Shown: piece after piece, positions 46,423 through 60,601 of the stretch
How the letters are laid out: every line of letters begins with the position of its first letter
Position numbering within the stretch: the stretch's first letter is position 1
From: Prorocentrum cordatum
Lineage: Eukaryota
Direction of reading: 5' to 3'
Length of the DNA stretch: 64,000 nt
Assembly: GCA_963575745.1 (NCBI GenBank)
Contig: CAUYUJ010000070.1
Span: forward strand, 248,001 to 312,000
Notes under the pieces: model-generated
Told to the model about the DNA's origin: nothing
Database searches by the model: none
Seen by the model: the letters and a program-made list of their open reading frames with translations, nothing else
Position numbers and translations under genes: made by a program

Positions 46423-47214
46423 CTGTAGGGGGGTATAGGCTCAGGGAGGGGGTCCATCGACCCCCCCCCCAAAAAAATTTACCCACTCATCGCCGGCGAG
46501 GGCCCGAGAGCCCACTCCGCCCAGGAGCGTGCGGTTTCGGCGCCGGGGGCCTCTCGCCGATCTGTCGGCGGTGTGTCGCCAGCTCCATGTCGAGATGTCC
46601 CCCCTGAGCTGGTCCCTCCCTATCGGTGCCCCGCTGATTCAGGCAGCCCAGGCAATCGTCGAGCACGTGGCGGTTATCGAGCCCTACCCCTGCCTCCCAT
46701 CGGTTCAGGAGAATCGATGATTGGTGGGGGGTACGTAAGGTTTGGATGTCCCACCTGAGGGGGGATCAATGCAAACGGGGGTCGTCGTTGTCGTGGTCGG
46801 CGCCGTCTCAAGGGCGTAAAAAAGGCCCCTACCCTGGTTTATGAGGCGCTGTGCTCCGAACCTCCTGCGGGCGGAAAGGGTCAGCCCTGCCAATCGCGCG
46901 TGCCCCGCGGCGTCCTGGCGGCTCTCTGGCCTGCTGGGAACTCCCAGGAGGTGTACTGACCACGCGCTTGCAACCCAGGGTAGGGGCGCTTTTTCATTCC
47001 TCGAATGCCGATGTGTCCCTCCCTGAGCTGGTCCCCCCCCCCTGTCGTTGCGCCTCGGATTCGGAAAGCCCGATGGGCGGCCGGAGCAGGTGTCGGCATT
47101 CCTCGAATGCACGCGGCGGTTTTCGAGCCCCACCCCCGCCTCCCATCGATTCAGGAGAATCGATGCTTGGTGGGGGTACAGTGCACATTGTTCATGTCTA
47201 ATTCTTCGAAAGTT

Positions 47215-47354
47215 CCTTGATTTTTGTTGGGGGGCTAAGATCCTTTCATTTCTATTTGTGCTATCCTGGGCCTCTTCCTGGCCACTAGGGGGCCAGGAAC
47301 AATTAGAAACGAGCGCAATTAGAAATGAGCACGATTAGAACTGAACGACGTGTA
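47215..47354 (+). repeat. Dispersed ~135-bp repeat; second copy ~59484-59619
   Basis: AGATCCTTTCATTTCTA...GCTATCCTGGGCCTCTTCCTGGCC.CTAGGGGGCCAGGAACAAT...GAAATGAGCACGAT.AGAA.TGAACGACGT is shared. Confidence 0.85.
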
Positions 47355-47614
47355 CCCCCGCCTCCCATCGATTCAGGATAATCGATGGTTGGTGGGGGTA
47401 CAGAGGGTTCATGCGGCGTTGGCACGCCGGCGACGCCGGCGAAGCCGTTCAAGGTTGGATTCTGCGACGCGGAAGTACCGATGGACATTAACGACATCGG
47501 ACCCGGCTGAATTCAACCTGGAACAATCGGGGCCGCAACCGATTCCAGGTTGAACGATCGACGTAGTGTCAAGAATTTTCGCGCACGCCGACGCCGCACG
47601 AGCCTACCGTCTGG

Positions 47615-47730
47615 TGAGGGGGGAGGCTTCTCAGAAGCACCCTTGCTTCTTAGAAGACGCGGGCCCTGTCTATAGATGCAGGGCCTGCGCCTTTCCAAGA
47701 AGCGGCTTCCTTCTAAGAAGCCTTCCCCAT
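47615..47730. mobile_element. Short TIR element; relative at ~60652-60778
   Basis: GG(G/A)AGGCTTCT(C/T)AG(A/G)AG ... CT(T/C)CTAAG(A/G)AGCCTT inverted pair in both copies. Confidence 0.6.
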
Positions 47731-49456
47731 TGCCCCTACCCCCTTGTGCGCCGCCAACGCTTGTGGAGCAGGGACCGACCGTCCTTCCTAGGAGCCTCAG
47801 AGGTCTCCCACATTCCTTTCAGTTTTGGGTATCTTTCGTCTGGACTTCGTCGGATTTGGTCGACTTCCAGACGAAGAATGAACGAACTTTGGACGAACCC
47901 TGGACGAAAGGGTGAGGAGTGGTGATCGAAATTTCGACGAAATCGGGTCGAAATCACATTTATGATAGGGCCGTGGAGGTCAACAGAGGCTACCATGAAG
48001 GCTCACCCAGGGACCGACCGACCTGGGGTGTGCCGAAGTGGGCGGGGGGACGCGTGCGGACACTGTCTTTGCGGCCTTCGGTGGAGTTACCTATTGGGCC
48101 ACGATCCTCGTGATGGGTGCGCCGAGGGGGGCGGAGGGACGCTTGAGCAGGGACCGACCATCCCGGCATTCGTATAGGCATACCACGACATGTTCTTATT
48201 ACAGGACAAGAAAATGTCGAAATGATAAAACCAATGTACTTAGAACATGCTGGTTGATCTAAGCAAAGCTGTCTCAGCCACACATGGTTTAGGAACATCT
48301 CGTGGAAATCACCAAACAGGTTTGTTTATAACGTTATTTGGTGGGTCCATAAGCGAGGCGGGACGCTTCGCCACTGCTTGATGTCGTGGAGGGAGGAATG
48401 TCAGGATAGGAGAAGATATCGATGCCGCTGTTCGTCCTGAAAAGCCCTCGTCGCCACGGATGTATTCTCCTTGAGATCCAAGTCAGAGCGCACCCCGGGA
48501 GAGGTCCAGGGAGTGGTGGCATCGGAAGTTGTTTGTCGCCCCTAGGGAGAGATCAGAGTAGCTTCTTCCGAGGGCCGAAGACGAGCACAAAGATTTTTCC
48601 TTACATCATCGACGGTCCGCGCGGATTTCTGGGATCTGCGCTGGGCCCCCCTTGCGGCACCTCCAGCGCCGCACCTGGCGCGTTCCGCGCGCCAGGGAGG
48701 AGGGGCCCAGCGCAGATCCAAGATATCCGCCCGCACAGTCGAAAGTTTATGCGTATAATTTTCGCTGTCTCTAGAGGAAGAAACACTTATGATGTTGTTT
48801 CTCGTCCTCGGGGGGCCCTCCTCTTCATGGCTGGATAGTCCTCGAGATTCTGGTCAAGACGCGCACCTAGAGAGCTCCAGGGAGCGGCGGCATCGGTAAT
48901 TACTCGATGTTTGTTCCCCCGGTTCCAGTCGTCCCGGTGCTGCTGTGATGCCCCAGGCATCTGGCCGCTGCTGGTAGCCCAGAAAACTGGCCGTTCCTGC
49001 GCCGCTCCTATGTCGGTCTTTCGGAGGCCGCTTTGGGCTCCCAGGCCATCAACAAATTGTTCAGAAAAGGGCGACCAAGAAAAACACGACACCACCCCAT
49101 TTACGAACCGCCGGGTTGGATCTTTGCGGCTTTGCCTCGTGCTCCTCTGTGCATGTGTCGTGGCCCACGACGGCATGTCTCGCGGGTTCCTAGTTCTGGT
49201 TGGCCCAAAGGGGGTCCAGCTGAACGGGTGTGGTGCAATAGATGATAGATATGGTGCAATTGATGTGTGGGTTTGCAATAGGTTTGGGGCGTGCAATGAA
49301 TTCCTGTGCGCAAATGTATTGCTGGGTTTTCGCGTGCAACGCAATAGCTGCAATACAATGCAGTACATCCTCTGGCGCACTACATTTGCAATTATGTTGC
49401 CCCACATCCATTGCACCACCCCCTTTCAGCTGGATCCCTTGTCGGGTCAACCAAAC

Positions 49457-49650
49457 TAACGCCCCAGAGCGGGACAACCGTGAAACACACATGGGTTCCT
49501 AACGCCCCAGAGCGGGACAGGCGTGAAAACACATGGGTTCCTAATGCCACAGGGCGGGACAGGCGTGAAAACACATGGGTCCTTAACGCCTCAGGTGGGC
49601 GGGACAAGCGTGAAATCACGTGGGTTCCTAACGCTCCAGAACGGGACAGC
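49457..49650 (+). repeat. ~42-bp minisatellite, ~4.5 copies
   Basis: TAACGCCCCAGAGCGGGACAGGCGTGAAAACACATGGGTTCC repeated. Confidence 0.9.
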
Positions 49651-51944
49651 GTATGCCCAGTCACCCTCGGCGCATCCCTTGGCTCGTCCCCTGTCGCGTT
49701 CCCTGGCTTGTCCCCTGGCGTTTGCCGTGCCCGTTTCGTGGCGCGTCCTTTGCCACGTCCTCTCACACGTCCCCATGGCGCATTCCTTATTGCGCCCGTG
49801 GCGCATTCCGTATTGAGCGCCCAACACCGTCCCTCCGCAGCCAGCTCAGAAACACTATGCGCTCAGGGAGCTCGAGCTCAAGATCCATAACACTTTGGTC
49901 AGGGTTTGGATGCCAAGGGCGACTTGGTCCACAACCGTATAGAGCACAACGCAATCCATCGCAGCATGGCACGTCTCATTTCCGCACGGCACAGCACAGC
50001 ACACTCGTTCGATTGGTACTTCACGATCGGCAATTTCAGCATTGCATGCGCTTGTCGCTCAATCAGGTGTCCTGTAATCCTAGCCGTGTCTCGCGTTAAT
50101 TCCGTGTTGGGTTCGTGGGTCGATCATGTTGTTTGCTTCTGGAAGGGGTGGTGGGCCTGCACGCAGCAGGCGATATGCCGGCCCCCCCACCATCCCTGGC
50201 CAAAACTCATACAATGTTAGCCTGAGGCGCCCGCGCATGATCAAGATTTTGGTGCAGAGTGCATTTTGCACAGATTCTGTGGCAAGGGGTTGTGTGGTGG
50301 GGGGGGTGGCGTAGCGCACAGCAGGCGATATGTTCCCCCCCCCCCGCCGTCCCTGTCAGAAACTAGCGCAAAGTGATCACGGGGCGTCCGCGCATGAACA
50401 AGGGCTCCCACGAGGGTGCGAAGTTATTCGCGCTTCGCGGTCCTCGTTCCTTCTCCCCCTCCTCCTCGTCCTCCTGTTCTCCCTTTGGGGGGGCGGCGCG
50501 AGAGCGCGAAGTTATTCGCACTTCGCGCTTCGCGCAGCGCGAAGCGCGAAGTTGGGAGCCCTAGAACGTGCACATTGTATGTGTTTTTGCCCGGGGGTGT
50601 GGGGAGATGATGGCGTGCGTGCAGCAAGCAATGCGCTGGCACCCCCGCCGTCCATACCGAAAACCAGTGCAAGGGGTCGCGGGGCACCCGCGCATGCTCC
50701 AGGCTGGGAGGCAGAGTGCATATCGCATTTTGTTTTCTCACACGAGGATTGCGGGGGGGATGTTGTCATGGGGATCCTCATGGGTCCGGATTGGCTGCCA
50801 GTCGGGTGGGGGACGGGGTGTTTATTGATGGGGAGCAGTGATCAAGCTACCCCACCGCGAAGGACGGCCATCACGTTCACTCCCACCCGCCCTCCCACCG
50901 AGTGAGTGGCATCCGGGCCTCAGCACGGGCAGGGGCCGCCATCGACAATCCTCGGGAACGATGCAGAAGCCAGCCAGGTTCGCGACGGACGCACGCGAGG
51001 TGCGCCGCGCGTGCCAGGGCAGCCCCATATTCGTGACAAGCAACAATGCAAAAGGATCGCGGGGCGCCCGCGCATGATCCAAGTTTTGCTGCAGCGTGCG
51101 CTTCGCAATGTTCGCCAAACAGCGCTTACACTCAGAGGTGCATAATGGAGGATGACGATTGATAAATGACCGGGGGTCGTGTTCACGCGGCGGCGCCCGG
51201 GATGACGATTAGAAAAACCGCCCGCGGGCTGGAAAACTATTCTTTTAAATCGTTCGTTTCCAGTCAGATTATGCAGAAATAGCAGAATATTTGTTTTGTT
51301 CGTTCTCTCCCATTTTTTATTAATCGTCATCCCGCATTATTTGTGATCGAAAGTAGCTGGGGCCCAGTGACGGTCGGGCCGGCGCGTTTCCGCCCGTCGC
51401 CTCCGTCGCCGCGGGGCCCCGGTGTCGGTTCGACCGCCTCGTCGCTGGCCGTCGCCGAGTTGCTTCGAGTTGCGTTGCACAGTGTTGCATTGCTTTGCAT
51501 GGCTTATATATGTGCGTTGCATTGTTTTGCATCGTTTTTCATTGCCGTGCACCGCATTGCATTGCTGCGCATTGCTTTGTATTGATGTGCCTCGTTCTGC
51601 ATTTCTGCGCATTGCTTTGCAGCGCAGTGCGTTTCATTGTGTTGCGGTCCTGTGCATTGCGTTGCACCACGAAGATTGCACCACATGGGTTGCACCACCA
51701 CGAAAGCACCACATGGATCTTCCTTTCTCAAAGAGTATCAGGATCTACCCTCTCCCCCGAATCCAACCGCCCTCCGCTTCAGATTATCAATTTACACATG
51801 ATGCTGCCCCAACGTCCATCCTAAATATGAATTCGTACCATGACAGCCATGCCGGTATCGACACCCCCCTCCCCCCTCTGCGAAAATTCTGTACGCGGAC
51901 ACTCGTTTATCAAACAACGTCAGCTTCCAATAATTCCTTATAAC

Positions 51945-53640
51945 AAATGGGACGATGTGCGCGCGCGCGTGGTCGCGCGCGCGTGTGGTCGTAAGGATTT
52001 TAGAATCGATTGTGCCGAAACATAACACCACATGGTTACGCAACATGGATTTTTACGAAAGCTGGCGCTCGCACTTTGCAGATTCTTAAAACGACCATAC
52101 TTTTTTACAAAAAAATCATAACGTGCTGCCGCACGGGCCTCTCGCGCGCGCATGTCGAAATCGCTCGAACGCGCCAGCGCGCGCTCTGTCGCAAGAACCC
52201 CTTGTACAAACCGAACGAAGTGCACTCGCGCGATTTGTCGCGCGCGCGTGCCGAAGTTCTTCAAACACTTCGGCCCAGTAAGGATTTCAAAACCGAGTGC
52301 TGCCCCAAACACATATTAACAGCACATGGCTTTGCAACGCGCTCTTGCGACTTCATAAGACAACCATGGATTTTCCAACATGTCCACCACATTCTGCCAA
52401 ACGGGCCTTCCGCGCCGCATGTCGAGCTCACCCGATCGTCCTTGCGCGCGTGCTGGGGGGGGGGGGCACGATTCGTTTCAAATAGTACAACCCGGGCCAC
52501 TCGCGCGCGTCGGCCGCGCGCGCATGTCGAACTCCTTCCAAAACCTTCATCACCGACATGAGGACATCGTCATTGTTACCGGCGGGCGTGATCAACATCG
52601 GTGCCGTCATTGGCTTTGCGTCGTCATCGGCACCGTCGTGACCATTATCGCTACTCTTGTCATTGTGCTTGCCGTTGTCGGCGTCGCCATGATACCACGC
52701 CCGCCCAAGTCACCGACTCGCACTGACGTGCCCGCTGGAAGTGCCCAGCGGTCAGCGCCAACGCGGCAGCGTCGGTCGCGCCGCACTAGCTGGTCGCTGT
52801 GCGCGCGAGCATGCGCAGGCTTGCGCGGCCGCAGAAATGCACCAGCCATTGCCAAACACTCATCGCAATCGCCGGCGCATGGGTTTGCAAACCAAATTGC
52901 GGGTGCGTGGATGGGATGATTGCGCGAGCATTGGAGTTGACAGCTCATTGCGAGCATTGGTGAGTTTTCCTTTCTACAAGGAGAATCGACTCTACCCCCC
53001 CCCCGGCGTTATCCGCCCCCCTTTCGGATATGTAAATCATACATGATTCTGACCACATGTCCATCCTACATATGAATTTGCATTATCCCCTGGAGGCCGG
53101 GATCGGTTCCCCTGAATACCCCTTTTGAAAAATTATGCGGGGATGTTGTTTGTTCTAACCTAAGACTTTTTACCACGAAGCCCTTGCAACAAATAGGACG
53201 AAGTGCACGAGCGCGTTGTCGCGCTCGCATGCCGAGATCCTTCAAAAACCTTCGGTGTCGGAAGGATTTCGCAATCGAGTTTCCCCAAAAACATACAAAC
53301 CACACACAGGTTTCGCAACACTGATTTGCCAAAATAGCTTACGCGCGAGCTCTTGCGAAGTCTTAAGAAAACCATTGGTTTTCAAGATTTTCACTACATG
53401 CTACCAAACGGGCTTCGCGCGCGCATGTCGAAATCTGTCGAACGCCCTTGCGCGTGTGCCGTCGCGAGAATCCTCTGCAACAAATGGGACGAAGTGCAGA
53501 CGCGCGCGTCGTCGCGCGCGTCTGCCGAAATCCTTCAACACCAATCGGTTTCGGAAGGATGTAAAAACCGTGTGTCCAGCAAACATACAACAACACAAGG
53601 TTACGCAACACGGATTTTCAACAAAAGCGTGCGTGCGCGT
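51945..53640 (+). repeat. Diverged long-period repeat blocks (~51945-52550 and ~53175-53640)
   Basis: Recurring ACAAATGGGACGA.GTGC, CGCGCGCATGTCGAAATC, AAGGATTT and GGTTACGCAACA.GGATTTT segments. Confidence 0.7.
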
Positions 53641-53645
53641 TCTTG

Positions 53646-53950
53646 CGTCGTCGTCGTCGTCGTCGCCGTCCTCCCTCCTCCCTCGTCGTCGTCGTCGTCG
53701 CCTACGTCGTCCTCTGTCTTTCCCCGTGTTCGTCGTCGTCGTCCTCTTTGGCGTCGTCGTCGTTTCCGTCGTCGTTGTCATCGTCGTCGTCGTCGTTGTC
53801 GGCGTCGGCGTCGTCGTCGTCGTCGTCGGTGTCGTCGTCGTCGTCGTCGTCGTTGTCGGCGTCGTCGAAGTCGTTGGAGACGTCGTCGGCGTCGTCGTAG
53901 TCGTTGTCGGCTGCGTCGTCGTTGTCGCTGTCGTCGTCGGCGTCGCTGTC
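53646..53950 (+). repeat. (CGT)n microsatellite
   Basis: Read directly. A similar tract lies at 422-605. Confidence 0.95.
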
Positions 53951-54868
53951 GCTGCCAGGTGCCATTTGGTACCCGCCGTCACGGTCTTAAGAGATTCAGC
54001 AAACCAAGTTGCGGGTGGGTTGGTGGGATGTTTGCGCGAGCAGTGGAGGTGGTCAAGCGCGGTGCAGGGTAGTCAACTGCACCAGTTCGATTGCGCCGCG
54101 TAAATTGCAAGCCAACCGCTATTTGGGGTCCGCGCTGGCTGCGATCTTTTGAAACGGGTACTGGGCCAGCGCGCAGCGGGCAATCTGCCTGCCCCTCCTC
54201 GTCCCTGTCAATACATGTAAAAGTTGTGGTTTGGAGTCTATGCCCAGCGTTTGGCCGCAAAGTGCATGTTGTCTTTTTTTTGTTGACAGTGATGGTGGCT
54301 GGTGTTGTCGTGTTTCCACGGTTGCACTTGGTCCGGTGGAGAAGGACTGTATACGAATCAGGAGCCGCCGTGGAGAAGGGAAACTGGTTGGAATAACAAA
54401 TTCGTCAAACCATTGACGCCCTGGACTGTTGCGTGGAATTCTCCAACATCACGACGAGACGTTCTCAAACCGTACACATGTTGCATTGTCTGAGATTTCG
54501 GATCGTACACTACGAGGTGGCCTCGAGCAAGAGCCTCGGGCTGCGCTTCTGAAGCCGAACCAGCCAGCGAATGTGTGTGGTTCCAAGGAGAGCACGTGAT
54601 GAAATGTTGTTAGAACGGATACGCGCGGCACTCAGGCGAGAGCCGCATTTTAAGAATGAGCGCGCGTCCATATTTGCAGACTTTGGGATATGTTGAGAGA
54701 TCTTGCTTGGCGCAAAGGGGAGACCTGCATTTCGTAAACTGCCGGCCCGCCACCCTCGTGACTCAGGTTCAAGATCGTTAACCGCCACGGGCTATCAAGC
54801 GAAACACCCGGCCCCGCCTACCGACATGCCTGGATGCGACAGGATGAGGGATGGCGGCGGGCGAATGC

Positions 54869-55023
54869 CCAGGAGGGGGGAAAAAAGACAGACACAATTG
54901 AATTCAGATTCCCAGGAAAATGTGAGGAATGGAGGGAAAAACTATTCTCTTTCAAACATTGAAGGTGAAATTCGGAATGTTGGAGTTTGTACCTATTTCT
55001 TCGTGTGTCCCTGGGCCCCCTCA
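54869..55023 (+). mobile_element. MITE family A, diverged copy
   Basis: CCAGGAGG...ACAGACACAATT...GTGTGTCCCTGGGCCCCCTCA. The middle is diverged and there is no TSD. Confidence 0.65.
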
Positions 55024-55329
55024 TTTTCAAGGATGCGGGGTGAATGCGCGCCTCTTTACCCAGCGGCTTCTGCATAGTGGAGTTGCCTCGGCTGACTTGT
55101 CAACCCGGCCTCCCCTACTTGGACTGACGTGAAACTGCTCGTGCCATGACACGACCGCCTTTCACGGGAACATTTCTGAGATCCGACATAGCGGCCACTC
55201 AAGTTGCCCAAGAAGTTTCCCGGGTTGCGCCGGGACCGCCCCCTCCTCCTGCTCTTCCTCCTCCTCTTCCTCCCCCTCCTCCTCTTCCTCCCCCTACTCC
55301 TCCTCCTTTCCCTCCTCACTCCTCCCCCT

Positions 55330-55363
<34 letters not shown>

Positions 55364-55839
55364 CGGCTCCTCCTCCTCCTCCTCCCCCGCCCCCTCCCCT
55401 CCTCCTCTTCCTCCCCCATCAGGAGGCCCTCTTCCTCCTCCTCCTCCTCCTCTTCTTCCTCTCCTCCTCCTCCTCCTCCTCCACCTCCTCCTCCTCCTCC
55501 CCCCCTCCTCCTCCTCCTCCTCCTCCTCCTCCTCCTCCTCCTCCTCCTCCTCCTCCTCCTCCTCCTCCTCCTCCTCCTCCTCCTCCTCGTCGCACCCGCA
55601 GGCGTCCGCGGTCCTGGCCGCGGCCGACCAGGGCCAGAGCCAGCCCAGGGCCGCGAGGCCGGGAGGCCTGAAGCTTCCCGACGCGCTCGGGCCTCGCGAG
55701 AAGGAGGAGGGTGGGCGTTGCCGACGGCGGCAGCAGCGAGGGTGCTGACGACTGGCTGTGAGGAAGGTGACCACGATGAGGACGGCGAGGATGCGTGTGA
55801 GGAGGAGGACGAGGAAGACGAGGACGAGGACGAGGACCA

Positions 55840-56602
55840 GGATGATGAGGATGAGGATGAGGATGAGGATGGGAGGGGGGCGATGATGATATGGCGATGA
55901 TCGTGATGATGCTGCGGCTGCTGTTGATGATGGTTATGATGCTGCTGTTGATGATGATGATGCTGATGATGCTGATGATGGAGATGGTGATGGTGATGAT
56001 GATGGTGCTGATGATGCTGCTGATGATGAGTATGATGATCGATGATGATGGTGACGATGCTGTTGACGATCATGATGATGGGGACGATGCTGTTAACGGT
56101 TTGAGGATGATGATCATGATGATGATGGTGATGGTGTTGATCATGATTATGATTATGCTAAGGCTGATGATCTTTGACCGATGATCGACGGGCGATGGTC
56201 GATGGTCGATGATGATGATGTTAATGATGATGACGATGATGATGCTGAATCTGCTGATGGTGGTGATGTTGATTCTGATGGTGGTGGTGATGGTGATGGT
56301 GATGGTGATGATTATGCTGAGGGTAAGGATGAGGATGATGACGATGAGGATGAGGCTGAGTATGAGGATGATGGTGATGGTCATGGCGATGATGATGATG
56401 CTGATGCTGATGCTGATGGTGATGATGACCGGTACTGCTGATGGTGATGATGATGCTGTTTATGTTGATGATGATGATCATGTTTATGATGAGGAGGATG
56501 ATGAGGGTGAGGAGGACTCTGATAATGTTGCTGATGATGCTGATGGTGATGCTGATGATGATGAGGCTGATGAGATGATGATGATGATGATGATGATGAT
56601 GT

Positions 56603-56685
<83 letters not shown>

Positions 56686-56697
56686 ATGATGATGATT
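55840..56697 (+). repeat. Long imperfect (GAT)n microsatellite
   Basis: Read directly from the sequence. Confidence 0.95.
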
Positions 56698-59600
56698 GTA
56701 TTCGCATCACATAGATGGCGCCCAGTGCACAACCCCATACATGGCCGAAAGCAAGGCTGGGAGCAAGTTTCACCACCCTAACGATGGCGTGGCCGTGGCA
56801 GCCAAGGCTCCGCGGCACCCCAAGGGTCCCGCATGCACCCTGAAGCTCTTGAGCGCTGTCGTGGGGCGCCGTGCCAAGGGAGGCAGTCCCGCCCTCCCGA
56901 AACGTATACGCTCGCGGCATAGGCTTCACGACGATCGAAGAAAGCGAGTGGGAATGGCTCACTGCCGCACGACGCAGGCGCGAATCATTACGTGACCAGG
57001 GGGGTGGGATGAGGGGGGTGCGGGGCCTGTCAAGGGCGTCATCGCGAGTAACAGCAATCTGCTCTGATGCGGACGTCGGCCGAGTCCCCATCGGCGGCGA
57101 CGACCCGCACCACCCGTGCCCTCCAGGAAGCCACGGCAGCACCCGGCCACGTCGCCGACGGCCACGGCCCGCCCTCGGGCCTGGGGCTGCCGCAGTCTGC
57201 GCCGCCGACTGCGGCAGGCCGTCGGCCCAGGAGTCGTCCAGGGTGTCGGCAGCGGGAAGCGCGGCTCGGAGGAGGGAAAGGTACCTCCTTCGCCCGTTTT
57301 CCCAATGTTGGGCCTCCTCGGAGGCCCTCGTCGCCACCGCTGGAGTCGCCTCGAAATCCTGGTCAGAACGCACCCCGGGAGAGGTCTGGGGAATAGCGGT
57401 AGCGGTGCCATGTGACTCCCCCAGCGGCCACCACGGCGGCCGCTTCTGATCCTTGGCGAGGCAGCACGGGCGACCAGCTCCGCCGCAGGCGCCCAGAAGC
57501 GGCGCCCAGCTCCGGCGGGCACCGTCGAGAGCTGCGCGATGAGCCGCGCCGCCGGCGACGCGAACACACGCTCACGCTGTGAGCGCGGCGCAGCATGAGG
57601 CACGCAGCAGGAGCAGGGCCCGCCCCCGGCTCGACAGCCGCTGCCTCCACCCCGGGGCGCGCGCCGCCCGGTATCGTCGTCGCACAGCTGGCTGTGCCTT
57701 CGCACCCGCAGCAGCTGCGGGTTCGGGCACTCTCCCCGGGTCGGCAGCAGCCGAGCGGTTCTCTGCCTCCTCCACCTCCACCTCGGTGCTCCTCCTGATT
57801 CCTGATACTTGTCGGCTACACGGTGGTACAGACGAAGCCCCCCCCCCCCTTCCCCCAGAGCCGACCGGCGCTGGGGGAGTTGCTCAAACTAGGGCCAAGT
57901 GACCCCTGGAGCACCGCTCCATGGGTCACCGGCTCTGCGGTAGAACGTAGGAGGGAACGACAGTGGAAGTCGAGGTGAGGAAGGAAAGGGGATAAGGATT
58001 CCTCCTCTTCCCCCTCCTCCCTCCTCGTGTCCCTCCCCCGCTTCCTCCCTCCCAGGGGCTTTGGAAGCTGCATGCCCGCAGCGGAGGGAGGCCTGGGCCC
58101 CGTCGAAGACTGCCAGACATCCAGCCAGGCCCGGCGTGGCATGGGGGCACGGAACAGTTGCCAGGAGTCGCTCCGAAGACAGGTGCTGCCCTTCCTCGGG
58201 GGCGGCAAGGGGGGGAGTACTGACTGCAGCGAGCGGCTTGAATAAGGAACATTCACTTTTCAAAAGGGGCTCGGTCGTTCCTTGGGTTTGCACGCGTTCC
58301 GCCATCTTTTTGGCGGCGAGTCCCCCTGGTGTTCCTTCAGATGTTGGACGCGCGGGTTCATTTTGCCGATGAGGGGCTCGGCCGTTTCTTCGGACTCCGT
58401 AGACCTACTTGGAAAAAAGGGGCTTGGTTCCTTATTTATCGTTCCTTAGGTCAGGCCGATGACTGTAGGGGGGGGAGGATATCATGCTGGGGGCCATGAT
58501 ATTCCCGTAGATGTCATGATGCCCCTTCTTATTTCATTACGTCCCCAGCCCCCCCCCCTTCCCCCTGGGCCGCGCACATGCCGCCGGCCATGATTTGCGC
58601 CCCCCCCTCTTGGACGCCCCCCTCCTGGTCGCCCCCGATTTCATCCGCTCCACCCTGAGAGCGGGCTAGGGAGAGACGGATGGAGAGATGAGTGTCTGTT
58701 CCGGGCGTCATGATTGCAATGACGACGGTGGTAACGACGATGACGGTACTTGTTATAGAGGTTCTGGGCGTTGGTCGTATCGAGATTGGTCTTTGCACGT
58801 TGAAGGAGGACAGGGACGAAGCAACGCGGACAGGAGCGCGCGTAAGCGGCATACCGTGGCGGGATGATATCGAAGAGGGCAGGAGGCCTTCCGCGAGTTC
58901 CTGTGCGTGCAGGGCGTCCCAGAGCTGCACTGGATTGCCGACGAGATGGGCGCCACTTCACTGCCCGTAGGCCACACGGGGGCAGCAGAGACAAGCGGGA
59001 GGGCAGCAAGGCTCGTGTTCCCATACGGACGGCTCCTGGAGTCAGTCCCAGCTGGCCTCGTCAACGGGGTGGCCTCAATCCCAGAGCTTCGACGTATCCT
59101 TTATCCCAAGACGGGTCCCAGCAGTCCCGATCTTTTTGCCAGTGCCGGCGTTGCGTCCTGATTGGTTCTTTGACAGCCCCGTGGCCCGGCGAGGGCCCCT
59201 GGAGGCCAGTCGGGCCGGACGAAAAGGGGGGATTGGGCAAGGGGGGGGTGCGAAATTTGCTGCATGCAGCTGGTTTCATCTCCACCGAGGGGCCCATTCT
59301 TCGATACATAGCCGCCTGCGGCGCCGGGAGGGCCCGGGTGAAAAACTGTTCCTGGGGAGTGGGTCGAGACTTCCGGGGACCCCGCATTGAAAAAATCACG
59401 ACATAGGATCTTTGGGCATTGAACTTCTCCGTAATTACACCCTGTTGATTTCTAAGTACTCGATTTTTCCTTTTTTGCTTTTTTTGATTTTTGGGGGCCG
59501 AGATCCTTTCATTTCTAGTTGCGCTATCCTGGGCCTCTTCCTGGCCGCTAGGGGGCCAGGAACAATCAGAAAAACTAGCACAATTTGAAATGAGCACGAT

Positions 59601-60120
59601 CAGAAGTGAACGACGTCTATGTGTTCGAAGCTTTTCGTGGGCCCTGAGGCGACTTCCATCGGCTGCGCCCCTTCGGGAGCTTTCCGGAGTGGCCTGGAGG
59701 CGTCTGGAAGAGGCATCGGAACAGCGTCCGTCGGCCCGGACCGAGGCATCACGACGAGAGTCGAGCCAAACTCGAAATCCTCAAGAGGGAACGAACGCGG
59801 TACGCTGGAGGCCTAGGATGGCACCCCGAGGAGGAGGAGGAGGAGGAGGAGGAGGAGGAGGAGGAGGAGAAGGCGATGGAGGGGAGAGGAGAGAGAGAGG
59901 ACGGAGGAGGAGGAGGAGGAGGAGGACGAGGACGAGGAGGAGGAGGAGGAGGAGGAGGAGGAGGAGGAGGAGGAGGAGGAGGGGCGCCCTCGGGGGCACT
60001 GCCGGAGGCGGCGCGGCACTGCCGGGGCCGCCCCGGGCCTCGCCTGCCGGGTCCCGTGCAGGCCAGCGGGGGCCCACCTCTCGGAGGGCTGCCTGTGCGC
60101 CGCGCAGCGCCTCGCCAGGG

Positions 60121-60601
60121 TGAAGTCGGGCCTGTCCCTCTACAGGTGTGGAAGTCGATGAATGGAGAGAGGAAGCGTGCAGCCAAATAATTCCAGGATG
60201 TCTAAAAGGTGTTTCAGCTATGTTTTAGATATGTCAAAACGTGTGTCACGCATGTTTAGAACATGTTTTACACAGTTTAAGTCGGGCCTGTCCCTCTACA
60301 GGTGTGGAAGTCGACTAATGGAGAGGAAGCGTGCAGCCCAGCCAAACAATTTCGAGATGTCTAAAAGGTGTTTCAGCTATGTATTAAATATGTCAAAAGC
60401 ATGTGTCACCAATGTTTAGAGCATGTTGTACACAGTTTAAACACATCTTCAATGATAGGATTGTTAGGGTGTCCATTGTCATGGCATCCACAACTCTACA
60501 GGGGACATTCAAACATGGTTTTGTTTTTAGCATTTGGGGGTATGTTTTGCATTTTTACTCTTCGCCCAAAGTCCCCCTGTAGGGGGACAGGCCCGACCTG
60601 A
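60121..60601. mobile_element. 481-bp TIR element with 8-bp TSD CGCCAGGG
   Basis: CGCCAGGG|TGAAGTCGGGCCTGTCCCTCTACAGG...CCTGTAGGGGGACAGGCCCGACCTGA|CGCCAGGG. The left ~157 bp is tandemly duplicated. Confidence 0.9.
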
